The notes under the pieces: generated by a model
What the model was told of the DNA's origin: nothing
Database searches by the model: none
Seen by the model: the letters and a program-made list of their open reading frames with translations, nothing else
In this document: positions 1 through 8,760 of the stretch, piece by piece
Position numbering within the stretch: position 1 is the stretch's first letter
Layout: every line of letters begins with the position of its first letter
Made by a program: the position numbers and the translations under genes
DNA from: Candidatus Limnocylindrales bacterium
GTDB lineage: Bacteria > Chloroflexota > Limnocylindria > Limnocylindrales > CSP1-4
DNA: 52,054 bases
Assembly (NCBI GenBank): GCA_025450915.1
Contig: JANWLH010000128.1
Span: forward strand, 1-52,054
Reading direction: 5' to 3'

Positions 1-1
1 C

Positions 2-787
2 ATCATCGCGCCGTTCATCGACTCGCTCGTCCTGGTCGACATCCGCGAGTTCCCGCGACCGGGCGATCGGCAGGAGGTCATCACCAAGGACAACGTCGTC
101 GTCGCGGTCAACGCCACGATCTTCACCCAGGTCGTCGACGCCAAGCAGGCGCTCTTCTCGATCGCGAACTTCGATGTCGCGATCGACGCGCTGGCGCGGA
201 CCGCCCTCCGCTCCGTCATCGGGACCCTATCGCTCGACGAGGCGCTGTCCGAGCGCGAACGGATCAACGTCGACGTCCAGGAGCAGATGGAGGCCGTCAC
301 CGACAAGTGGGGCATCCGGATCAACCGGATCGAGATCGTCGAGATCACGCCGCCGCCGCAGATCCTCCAGGCGCTGGCCCTCCAGAAGCAGGCCGACCAG
401 GAGAAGCGGGCCAAGATCCTCCAGTCGGAGGGCCTCCAGCAGGCGGCGGTCAACGTCGCCGACGGCAACCGGCAGGCGGCGATCAAGAGCGCCGAGGGCG
501 AGCGCCAGTCGGCGATCCTGCGCGCCGAGGGCAACCGGCAGGCGGCGATCCTCGAGGCCGAGGGCCGGGCGCAGGCGATCAAGACGGTCTACGACGCGAT
601 CGCCCTGGCGAACCCCAGCCCGACCCTGGTCGCGATCCTCCAGCTCGACACCCTGTCCAAGTTCGCGGCCAGTCCGAACGCCAAGCTGATCATCCCGGCC
701 GAGTCGGCCGCCCTCCTGGGAGCCGCCGCGGCCCTGCGCTCGGTCATGGGCGACGTGCCGACCGAGAGCAATCCGCCGACCGCCTGA
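2..787 (+). CDS. SPFH/band-7 (stomatin/QmcA-like) protein, 5'-truncated by window edge
   Basis: Frame is open from position 2 (IIAPFIDSLVLVDIRE...QEVITKDNVVVAVNA...WGIRINRIEI...AEGERQSAILRAEG). These motifs and the AEG repeats are typical of the family. Confidence 0.9.
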   Translation: MIAPFIDSLVLVDIREFPRPGDRQEVITKDNVVVAVNATIFTQVVDAKQALFSIANFDVAIDALARTALRSVIGTLSLDEALSERERINVDVQEQMEAVTDKWGIRINRIEIVEITPPPQILQALALQKQADQEKRAKILQSEGLQQAAVNVADGNRQAAIKSAEGERQSAILRAEGNRQAAILEAEGRAQAIKTVYDAIALANPSPTLVAILQLDTLSKFAASPNAKLIIPAESAALLGAAAALRSVMGDVPTESNPPTA

Positions 788-866
788 GGCGATCTCGGGT
801 TGAGGGTGGGCCGCGGGTCCACCCAGGACCCGTTGCCCGGTCACCTCTCGTATCCTTGGCGATCGA

Positions 867-1985
867 ATGGTGACTGAGCGCGACTATTACGAGATCCTCG
901 AGATCGAGCGGACCGCCGGCGATGCCGAGATCAAGCGATCCTTCCGGCGACTGGCCCAGAAGTGGCATCCCGACGTCAATGCCGACGCCGGCTCCGAGCT
1001 CCGCTTCAAGGAGATCAACGAGGCATACCAGGTCCTGTCCGATCCGACCAAGAAGCAGGCCTACGACATGTTCGGCAAGGCCGGCGTCGACGGCGCCGGC
1101 GCCGGGGCGGGCTTTGCCCAGGGCTTCGGCGGCCTCGGTGACATCTTCGATGCCTTCTTCGGCGGGGCCGCCGCTGGTGGCCGGCGCACGGGCCGGGCCA
1201 ACAGCGGCTCCGATCTTCGCTACGACCTGCGGATCACGTTCGCCGAGGCGGTCCTGGGGACCGACAAGGAGATCGAGTTCCCGGTGCTCGACCGCTGCGC
1301 GACGTGCAACGGGACCGGGGCGAAGCCGGGCAGCGACGTCAAGACCTGCCCCCAGTGCGAGGGCCGCGGCGAGGTCCGCAGCGTTCGCCAGACGATGCTC
1401 GGCCAGATGGTCAACGTCCAGCCCTGCCCGCGTTGCCACGGCGAAGGCCGGATCGTCGAGACGCCGTGCGAGACGTGCCGTGGCGACGGCCGGGTCGAGA
1501 AGCGCAAGAAGATCCGGGTGAACGTGCCCGCGGGAATCGACGAGGGCCACCAGATCCGGCTGTCGGGCGAGGGCGAGGTCGGGCCGCACGGCGGGCCGTC
1601 GGGCAGCCTCTACGTCGCCATTCACATCCAGGCCCACAAGACGCTCAAGCGCGAAGGCACCGAGCTCTTCCTGGAGCGCGAGATCTCGATCGCCCAGGCC
1701 GCGCTCGGGACGCGGGTGACGATCCCGACGATCGAGGGCGACGAGCAGGTCGAGATCAAGCCCGGCACCCAGCCCGGCGCCGAGATCCGGTTGCGCGGCA
1801 AGGGCGTGCCCCACCTCCGGCGGGCCAACGTCCGCGGCGACCTGCACGTCTTCGTGAAGGTGGCCGTGCCGACGAAGCTGAACAAGAAGCAGCGCGAGCT
1901 GCTCGAGGCGCTCGCAGCCGCGTCGGGTGAGGCGGTCACCGGCGGCAGCGGGATCCTCGACCGGGTCAAGGACGCGCTTGGCTGA
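867..1985 (+). CDS. dnaJ: Chaperone DnaJ
   Basis: J domain with HPD, G/F-rich region, four CxxCxGxG repeats and C-terminal domain. Confidence 0.97.
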   Translation: MVTERDYYEILEIERTAGDAEIKRSFRRLAQKWHPDVNADAGSELRFKEINEAYQVLSDPTKKQAYDMFGKAGVDGAGAGAGFAQGFGGLGDIFDAFFGGAAAGGRRTGRANSGSDLRYDLRITFAEAVLGTDKEIEFPVLDRCATCNGTGAKPGSDVKTCPQCEGRGEVRSVRQTMLGQMVNVQPCPRCHGEGRIVETPCETCRGDGRVEKRKKIRVNVPAGIDEGHQIRLSGEGEVGPHGGPSGSLYVAIHIQAHKTLKREGTELFLEREISIAQAALGTRVTIPTIEGDEQVEIKPGTQPGAEIRLRGKGVPHLRRANVRGDLHVFVKVAVPTKLNKKQRELLEALAAASGEAVTGGSGILDRVKDALG

Positions 1986-2958
1986 GGACTCCCGCTCGGA
2001 TGCCGATCCCGGCCCGCCCGACGACGAGGGGCTGAGCGCCGGTGATACCTGGATCGAGCTCTCGGTCCGGGCCGATCTCGAAGCCGTCGAGGCCGTCAGC
2101 GAGATCCTGTCGCGGTTCGCCCCGGGCGGCACGAGCGTCCAGCCGGGGTTCGAGCTGATCGACGAGGGGCTTGGTGCGCGCGTCGATCCGAACCAGCCGG
2201 CGATCGTCCGGGCCTACCTGCCGGGCCGGAACCGGAGCGCCGCGCGGGCCGCCGTTGGTGAGGCCCGCCGGGCCCTCGGCCATCTCCAGGCGTTCGACCT
2301 GCGGCCGATCGGCGAGCTCGAGGTCTCGGTGGTCCACGAGGCCGACTGGGCCCATGCCTGGAAGGCCCATTTCCCGGTCCTGCGGGTCGGCCGGCGGCTC
2401 GTCATCCGGCCCACCTGGCGGCGCCATCGACGATTGCCGGGCGATGTCGTCATGGCCCTCGATCCGGGGATGGCCTTCGGGACCGGCCTCCACCCCACGA
2501 CCCAGCTGTGCCTGGCGGGGATCGAGCATTGGTCGGATGAGGGGCTCATCGCCGGCGCCCGGATCCTCGACGTCGGCTGCGGGTCGGGGATCCTGATGAT
2601 CGCGGCGGGCCTGTTCGGAGCCGGGGAGCTCCACGGGCTCGACACCGATCCGATCGCCGTCGAGGCGAGCGTCGCCAATGCGGCCCGGAACCACCTGGCT
2701 GTGCAGGTTCGAAGCGGCAGCCTGCCGAGCCGGAGCGGCCCGTTCGACCTCGTCGCCGCGAACCTGATCGCGAGCGTCCTGATCGCCCTCGCGGCCGACC
2801 TGGCGGGGGAGCTGCGGCCAGGCGGCCGGCTCCTCGCGTCGGGCATCTTCATCGATCGCGAGCCGGAGGTCCGCGCTGCCCTCGAGGGTGCCGGGCTGCG
2901 CCAGCTCGAGCGCACGGCGGAGGGCGACTGGGTGGCCCTCGACCTCGAGCGGCCGTAG
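1978..2958 (+). CDS. prmA: Ribosomal protein L11 methyltransferase
   Basis: DPGMAFGTGLHPTT, LDVGCGSGIL and ANL motifs; follows dnaJ. Start placed at the TTG overlapping the dnaJ end (approximate). Confidence 0.93.
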   Translation: MAEDSRSDADPGPPDDEGLSAGDTWIELSVRADLEAVEAVSEILSRFAPGGTSVQPGFELIDEGLGARVDPNQPAIVRAYLPGRNRSAARAAVGEARRALGHLQAFDLRPIGELEVSVVHEADWAHAWKAHFPVLRVGRRLVIRPTWRRHRRLPGDVVMALDPGMAFGTGLHPTTQLCLAGIEHWSDEGLIAGARILDVGCGSGILMIAAGLFGAGELHGLDTDPIAVEASVANAARNHLAVQVRSGSLPSRSGPFDLVAANLIASVLIALAADLAGELRPGGRLLASGIFIDREPEVRAALEGAGLRQLERTAEGDWVALDLERP

Positions 2959-3005
2959 GTCCCGGTCCAGGCGGCCCGCGCTCGAGGCCCGACTACAATC
3001 TGGCC

Positions 3006-3461
3006 GTGCCCTGGCTCCCGATCCTGCTCGTCATCCACATCGGCCTGGCGATCACCTTGCTGACGCCTTCGCTGCTGCTGCCGTTCGCCCTGCGGACGCG
3101 CCGGGCGACGGTCGATTCGGACAATCGATTCGTGCAGCTCCTCTTGCGCATGCAGGATCGGGGCACCCTGGTGATCGGCCTCGGCGTGGCGATCACCGGG
3201 ATCGTCCTGATCCTCGTCCTGGGCTACCGGCTGGCGACCCAGACCTGGCTGCTCGTGGCCCTGGCGATCTACGCGGTCGACCTGGCAATAGCCTTCTTCA
3301 TCCAGCGCCCGAGCCTCCACCGGCTCGTCGGGATCCGGGCCGCCTGGGACGACGAGGTCTGGCGAGCCCGCGCACGCCGGCAGCGCTACATCTCCTACGC
3401 GATGGCCGGCCTCGTCGCGACGATCGGCTTCCTCATGAGCACGAAGCCGGAGCTGTGGTGA
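3006..3461 (+). CDS. Small multi-pass membrane protein (DUF2269-like)
   Basis: About four hydrophobic segments and a C-terminal LMSTKP resembling the LMxxKP end of DUF2269. TACAAT lies 6 nt before the GTG. Confidence 0.7.
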   Translation: MPWLPILLVIHIGLAITLLTPSLLLPFALRTRRATVDSDNRFVQLLLRMQDRGTLVIGLGVAITGIVLILVLGYRLATQTWLLVALAIYAVDLAIAFFIQRPSLHRLVGIRAAWDDEVWRARARRQRYISYAMAGLVATIGFLMSTKPELW

Positions 3462-3814
3462 GGGCGGCGGATCCGGCCTGCCTGTTCTGCCGGATCGTCG
3501 CCGGCGAGATCCCGGCGACCCGCGTCCACGACGACGAGGCGCTGATCGCGATCCGGGACATCGCCCCGCGAGCGCCGACGCATGTCCTGTTCATGCCCCG
3601 CGAGCACATCCCCTCGGCGGCCGACCTGACGGCGGACGACGGCCCGATGCTCGGTGCCCTCTTCGGGGCAGCGGCCGAGTTCGCCCGCTCGGAGGGCATC
3701 GCCGATACCGGCTACCGGATGGTCACCAACATCGGCGCGTGGGGTGGCCAGACCGTGGACCATCTCCACGTCCACCTGCTCGGCGGCCGGTCCATGAGCT
3801 GGCCGCCCGGATGA
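3458..3814 (+). CDS. Histidine triad (HIT) nucleotide-binding protein
   Basis: CLFCRI N-terminus and GQTVDHLHVHLLGGR motif; GTGA overlap with the upstream stop. Confidence 0.93.
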   Translation: MRAADPACLFCRIVAGEIPATRVHDDEALIAIRDIAPRAPTHVLFMPREHIPSAADLTADDGPMLGALFGAAAEFARSEGIADTGYRMVTNIGAWGGQTVDHLHVHLLGGRSMSWPPG

Positions 3815-4356
3815 GGTTGTTTCGTGGGTTTGGCGAGCGCCTCGCGGGGCTGACGCTCGTCCTGGTGATGGTCGCCGGCTGCGGCATCGCCGCGAACGGC
3901 GGCGCGGCGCCGACCGTGGCGACCACCCCCCAGGCGAGCCTGAGCGCGACCCTCCAGATCTGCTGGAACCAGCTGACGACGACGCTCAATGCCGCGGGCC
4001 TGCCGCTCATCCATCCGCCGTCGCCCGTCCGGCCGGGCGAGTCACCGTTGCTGACGGCCGCGCCGCGGACCGTCGGCCAGGTGATCCTGCCGGGCGACCC
4101 GGATCACGGCTTCATCGTCCTGTACGAGTTCCCCGACCCGGCCAGCGCCTACACCGCGGCGCAGCAGCAGGCCGCGTACATCGGCGGCGGCGAGGGCCGG
4201 ATCCAGTTCCTGCCCGACAGCCAGTTCACGCTCCGTCAGGACGGCTCGTGCGTGCTCTTCTATGCATGGGCGCCATCGGTCTCGACCGACCCGCGCTCGC
4301 CGGACATTGCCACGGCGCTCCAGACGTTCGGCGTCGGGATCCCGGTCCCGCGCTAG
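3811..4356 (+). CDS. Hypothetical lipoprotein
   Basis: Signal peptide with VAGC lipobox; ATGA overlap with the HIT stop. Confidence 0.7.
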   Translation: MRLFRGFGERLAGLTLVLVMVAGCGIAANGGAAPTVATTPQASLSATLQICWNQLTTTLNAAGLPLIHPPSPVRPGESPLLTAAPRTVGQVILPGDPDHGFIVLYEFPDPASAYTAAQQQAAYIGGGEGRIQFLPDSQFTLRQDGSCVLFYAWAPSVSTDPRSPDIATALQTFGVGIPVPR

Positions 4357-4360
4357 ACGA

Positions 4361-6088
4361 TCAGCCCTGGCGGACGGGGAGGGGCTCGTCGACGGCGGCC
4401 CAGGCGCGGACCTGGTCGCGCTTCACCTTGAGGGTGTGGGTCCGGGGAAAGTCCGCCTCCGGCCAGAGCCGCCAGGCCGCGAGCCGCTGGTGGACCGCGA
4501 GGGTGGCATTGGCGGCCTTGACCGCAACCTCGATCTGGGCTCGCAGGGCGGCCGGGTCGATGCCGTCGGCAAGCGGCCCCTGGGCATTGCGGACGGGGAT
4601 GTCGCCGCCCTGCGGCAGGGCGTGGGAGCCCGGTGCGAGGACGATCGCTTCGATCCGGCCCGGCCGCGTCTCGACCACGACGCTGTCGCGGATCCCGGCG
4701 ATCCGCAGGGCGTTCTCGATATCCTCGGGATAGACGTTCAAGCCGTTGGGCAGGACGATGATGTCCTTGGTCCGGCCCATCAGGATCAGGTGGCCCGAGG
4801 CGTCGTGGCGGCCGATGTCGCCGGTCCGATACCAGCCGTCGGGCGTGAACGCCTCGGCCGTTGCCTCCGGCTCGTGCCAGTAGCCCGAGAACAGGGTCGG
4901 GCCACTGACCTGGATCTCGCCGTCCTCGGCGAGGCGGACCTCGATCGGCGGGATCGTCCGGCCGACCGTTCCGAGGCCGTGGTCCTCCTTGGTCGTCACC
5001 GAGGCCATCCCGCATTCGGTCGCCCCGTAGCCCTGCATCACGACCACGCCCAAGTCTTCCCAGGCCTGCTGGAGCTGGGGTGGCAGGAACGCCGCGGCGC
5101 AGACGAGCAGGTTCAGGCCGCCGCCCAGCCGCTGATGGACGCGCCGGAAGATGAGCCGGCGGGCGCGATACGGCAGGCGGCGGGCAATCGCCCGGAGCCG
5201 GTTGAAGTTGGCCACCTGGCCCTGGGCCTCGACCTCGCGTTCGACGGCGCCCCAGAACAGGTCGAGGATCTGGGGCACCACCAGCATCGTCGTGACCCGG
5301 TGGTCGCGGATCGCCTCGAAGATCACCCGCGGATTCCTGCTTCGGACGTACAGGATGTCGCCGCCGACGGTCAGCGCATAGAAGAGCGCGGCGACCTGCT
5401 CCATCAAGTGCGAGAGGGGCAGGAGCGAGACGAGCCGGTGCTCCTGGGGCGGGATCACGTGGTGGATGGCCCCGACGGTCTCGGCGATCATCCGATGGGT
5501 CAGCATCACGCCCTTCGGACTGCCGGTCGTCCCGCTCGTGAAGATGACCTCGAAGAGATCCTCCGGCTGGGGACGTGGCCAGGCCAGGACCTGGGCCTCC
5601 CAATCGGCCGGGAACGCGACGCCCGAGTCGCCCTCGTTCGGCTCCGCGGCGAGGGACTCCACCGTCGAGGTGGGGAAGCGCTCGAGGCGGGCATCGCGGG
5701 GATCGGGCGAGTCCCGCCCGGTGCCGATCGCCAGCCGGCTCGCGTCCGCCCGGGCGGCGATCCGCTCGATCGCGTCGGGTGCCATCCGCAGGTCGAGGGG
5801 CACAACGACCACGCCCGCCCGGATCGCGCCGTAGTAGACGGCGGGCAGCTCGGGCGTCGAGGGCGACCAGGTGAGGAGCCGGTCGCCCGGCTGCAGGCCG
5901 AGGGCCCGCAGGCGCCAGGCGACGATCCGGGTGCGCCGGTCGAGCTCGCGGAAGCTCCAGCGCATCGAGCTCCCATCGTCCCGGCGCAGGCCGAGGGCAG
6001 GCCGATCCCCGTAGCGATTCGCGGCGTCGTCGAGGATGTCAAGGAGGGTGGACCAGCTTGGGCCGGGCCTGGGCGAAGGGTCGGTCAC
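4361..6088 (-). CDS. Long-chain acyl-CoA synthetase / AMP-binding enzyme
   Basis: FTSGTTGSPKG, QGYGATE, GWYRTGDIG and NVYPEDIE motifs. GTG start at 6088 has TACCCT 7 nt upstream. Confidence 0.9.
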   Translation of the reverse strand: MTDPSPRPGPSWSTLLDILDDAANRYGDRPALGLRRDDGSSMRWSFRELDRRTRIVAWRLRALGLQPGDRLLTWSPSTPELPAVYYGAIRAGVVVVPLDLRMAPDAIERIAARADASRLAIGTGRDSPDPRDARLERFPTSTVESLAAEPNEGDSGVAFPADWEAQVLAWPRPQPEDLFEVIFTSGTTGSPKGVMLTHRMIAETVGAIHHVIPPQEHRLVSLLPLSHLMEQVAALFYALTVGGDILYVRSRNPRVIFEAIRDHRVTTMLVVPQILDLFWGAVEREVEAQGQVANFNRLRAIARRLPYRARRLIFRRVHQRLGGGLNLLVCAAAFLPPQLQQAWEDLGVVVMQGYGATECGMASVTTKEDHGLGTVGRTIPPIEVRLAEDGEIQVSGPTLFSGYWHEPEATAEAFTPDGWYRTGDIGRHDASGHLILMGRTKDIIVLPNGLNVYPEDIENALRIAGIRDSVVVETRPGRIEAIVLAPGSHALPQGGDIPVRNAQGPLADGIDPAALRAQIEVAVKAANATLAVHQRLAAWRLWPEADFPRTHTLKVKRDQVRAWAAVDEPLPVRQG

Positions 6089-6135
6089 GCTCGACAGGGT
6101 ACCGGGCCGGGCGGCGCTGGGCCTAGACTCAACGC

Positions 6136-6975
6136 ATGAGTGAGGGCTCCGACGCTGCGGTCGCCCCGGACCCACGCTGGACAGCCAGCGGACCGCTCGG
6201 CGCGCCACTGATCGTGATGATCCACCCGACCCGGATGAACCGGACCTACTGGACTCCCCAGGTCGAGGCGCTGGCCCCGACCAATCGCATCCTCGTCATG
6301 GACCTGCCCGGGCATGGCCACCTCGAGCGTGAGCCGTTCACGCTGGCGTCGGCCGTGGCCGTCGTCCGTGCGGCGATCGAAACCGAGCGCGTCGCGATGG
6401 GCGACGCGGTGCCCACCGTGGTCGTTGGCCTCTCGCTCGGCGGCTACGTCGCGATGGCCCTCGCGGCCGAGGCACCCGAGCTCGCCGATGCCCTGGTCCT
6501 CGCGGGCGCGACCGCCGAGCCGACGGGACCCCGGGCCCACCCGTTCCGGGCCCTGGCCCTGGCCTACGAACGGGCCCACCACCTGTCCGTCGGCCGGCTC
6601 ACCGCTGCGTTCATCCGGCGGCGCTATCCCGGTGGCCTGGGCGATCTCCTTGTCACGTCGGGTTTCGCCTATCGAGGCGGGTCTGAGGCCCTCCGTTCAC
6701 TCGCGGGGGAGCCGTTCCTGCCTCGCCTGGCGTCCTATCCGGGCACGGTCGTCCTCGTCAACGGGGCCCGGGACGTCGCCATGCGACCGGGCGAGCGGCG
6801 CTTCCTCGAGAAGGCCCGCCACGGCCGCCTGGTCCGGCTGCCGGGCGCCTACCACCTCTCGAGCCTCGACCGGCCGGCCGAGTTCACCGCGGTGATCCGC
6901 TCCGCAGTCGCGGAGGCGGTCGCTTCAAGGCAGGCCGCCGATCCGGAGACCCCGGCCTCGATCCCGGACCGGTAA
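6136..6975 (+). CDS. Alpha/beta fold hydrolase
   Basis: DLPGHG, GLSLGG nucleophile elbow and C-terminal His (GAYH). Confidence 0.88.
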   Translation: MSEGSDAAVAPDPRWTASGPLGAPLIVMIHPTRMNRTYWTPQVEALAPTNRILVMDLPGHGHLEREPFTLASAVAVVRAAIETERVAMGDAVPTVVVGLSLGGYVAMALAAEAPELADALVLAGATAEPTGPRAHPFRALALAYERAHHLSVGRLTAAFIRRRYPGGLGDLLVTSGFAYRGGSEALRSLAGEPFLPRLASYPGTVVLVNGARDVAMRPGERRFLEKARHGRLVRLPGAYHLSSLDRPAEFTAVIRSAVAEAVASRQAADPETPASIPDR

Positions 6976-7149
6976 TTCCGGTTTACCAGCCCGGGTAGTG
7001 GTAAGGAAGGATCGACCTCAAACCTGGCTCCCGCAGCCTCCCCGAGCGGCCGATTCGTGCGTGAGTGCCGGCCGCCTGGACTTGAAGCGAGCCCAATCCG
7101 TCTCGACTCCTTGCTTACGACCACCTGGGCTGGTATCTCGGAAGAATCG
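6970..7149. repeat. Long imperfect palindrome element, copy E1 (180 bp)
   Basis: Arms 6970-7009 and 7110-7149 are inverted repeats (30/40 by manual count). TTCGTG|CGTG sits exactly at the symmetry centre. Confidence 0.85.
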
Positions 7150-7386
7150 GCTGTGGCACCGGCCCCACCTGTCGAATCATTGGCCAGCGCGCCGGTTCAT
7201 CCAGCGGATATATCGCGCAGCCGCCGGCGAGGGGCGCACGTCTCCTGGCCGGCCCGGGGCGCTACGCCGGGCTCGGGAGGGGACGCTCGCCGAGGCGGGC
7301 AAAGATCGTGTCGCGAACCTCGGCGCCTGGAGGTAGCCGGAACGCGTGGTGCCACTCCGGCGCCGTGCACGTAGACCAGCGTGGGC

Positions 7387-7456
7387 CCGCGACGCGCCCT
7401 ATCCCAGCCTCGCTGTTCGAAGCGGATCGCTGCGCCAAGGATAGGGCGCGTCACGG
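7387..7456. repeat. Hairpin with 14-bp perfect stem
   Basis: GACGCGCCCTATCC (7391-7404) pairs with GGATAGGGCGCGTC (7439-7452), extendable to 17/18. Confidence 0.8.
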
Positions 7457-7633
7457 TTCTTCCGGTCTACCAACCGGGGTGGTGGTAAGGAAGATTCAGA
7501 CGGTCGTCGCCTTGGCCGGCGGACGTCCGCGAGTCGATTCGTGCGTGCGGATGCATCTCGTCGGCCCGAAGTGGCCTGGATCCGGCTCCATTCCTTCCTT
7601 ACCACCACACCCGCTGGTATCTCGGAAGAATCG
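7454..7633. repeat. Long imperfect palindrome element, copy E2 (180 bp)
   Basis: Arms 7454-7493 and 7594-7633 (33/40). Colinear with E1 at offset 484 without gaps; shares CGATTCGTGCGTG and GCTGGTATCTCGGAAGAATCGGC with E1. Confidence 0.88.
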
Positions 7634-7670
7634 GCAGCCGACGGCCGATCTGGGGGGTGGATCGCCCTCA

Positions 7671-7836
7671 GAAACTGGCGAATATCAGTCCCCGTAGTGA
7701 TAGTCCGGATCCGAACCCCTCCCGAGCCTCGGACGAGCCCGGCTCGTGCACGAACCAGCGCGCCGTATCCACCACATCGCCGGATTCGGGGTCGAATCTC
7801 CGCGCAGCACCACGTCCACTAGTAATCGCCAGGTTC
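7671..7836. repeat. Long imperfect palindrome element, copy E3 (166 bp)
   Basis: Arm GAAACTGGCGAATATCAGT...GTAGTG matches the reverse complement of 7808-7836 (21/29). Internal TCGTGCACGA; left half is 10 bp shorter than in E1/E2. Confidence 0.75.
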
Positions 7837-7922
7837 CGCGCCGGCGCGGGGGCCAGGCCCGTGCCGTGGCGCGGCGCGGCCCAGACCCCAGCCACTCCTC
7901 GGGAATAGGCAACTGAGCGTGG

Positions 7923-7951
7923 TTGACCGACCGGGAGGCCTCGTCTATGCT
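7923..7951 (+). promoter_or_regulatory. Sigma70-type promoter of the rpsU operon
   Basis: TTGACC-17 nt-TATGCT. Confidence 0.7.
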
Positions 7952-8063
7952 CCGCCAGCCGTTCGACGAGCGTGGATTCCACGCTCCCGAAGCCTCCTCG
8001 GGCCCCTCCGGCCACGAGCCCGAAGAGTGCAGCTGACCCTGGCCGTAGGAGGTGATCCGGGAA

Positions 8064-8249
8064 TTGGCAGAAGTCCGCGTGGGTGAAAACGAGACCTTCG
8101 AGAGCGCCCTCCGCCGCTTCAACAAGAAGATCCAGCAGAGTGGAATCCTTGCCGAGGCTCGCCGTCGCGAGCACTACGAGAAGCCGAGCGTCAAGCGCAA
8201 GCGCAAGGAAGCCAAGCGCAAGAAGGCCGCCCGCACGTCGCAGAGCTAG
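8064..8249 (+). CDS. rpsU: 30S ribosomal protein S21
   Basis: [10 protein letters not shown]...[16 protein letters not shown]; TTG start after AGGAGGTGATCC. Confidence 0.96.
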   Translation: MAEVRVGENETFESALRRFNKKIQQSGILAEARRREHYEKPSVKRKRKEAKRKKAARTSQS

Positions 8250-8300
8250 GTCGAGAGACCTGCTCCGCACCGGGCGACCCGCCCGAGGTGCCAGCAACCG

Positions 8301-8753
8301 GTGACCCTCAAGGAACGCCTCCAGTCCGAGACGACCGCCGCAATGCGGTCGGGTGATTCGCTGCGCCGCGACACCCTTCGGATGGTCCAGAACTCCGCCT
8401 ACAACCTCGAGAAGAAGAGCGGCAAGCCGCTCACCGACGAGGAGCTGCTGGCGGTCGTCTCGCGCGAGGTGAAGACCCGCCGCGAGTCAGTCGAGGCGTT
8501 CCGCAAGGGCCATCGCGAGGATCTCGCTACCAAGGAAGAAGCCGAGATCGCGATCCTCGGCGAGTTCCTGCCCGAGCAGCTCGGCGAGGCCGAGATCCGG
8601 GACCTCATCGAGCAGGCCGTGAAGGCCACCGCCGCCGAGACGCCCCGGGACCTCGGCAAGGTGATGGGCTGGCTCGCGCCGCACACTCGCGGCCGGGCTG
8701 ACGGCAAGCTCGTCAGCTCGCTCGTGGCCGCGCGACTGGCCGGGGCCGGTTGA
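8301..8753 (+). CDS. yqeY: GatB/YqeY domain protein
   Basis: REVKTRRESVEAF, FLPEQL, DLGKVMG, GRADGK; conserved position after rpsU. Confidence 0.92.
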   Translation: MTLKERLQSETTAAMRSGDSLRRDTLRMVQNSAYNLEKKSGKPLTDEELLAVVSREVKTRRESVEAFRKGHREDLATKEEAEIAILGEFLPEQLGEAEIRDLIEQAVKATAAETPRDLGKVMGWLAPHTRGRADGKLVSSLVAARLAGAG

Positions 8754-8760
8754 GCCGCCG

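Noticed and set aside
6970-7836. CRISPR array or short ORFs in the rpsU upstream region
   Set aside because: The units are long inverted-repeat elements, not short direct repeats with regular spacers, and no cas genes are present. The listed ORFs have no recognisable motifs and resemble each other only because of the DNA repeat.
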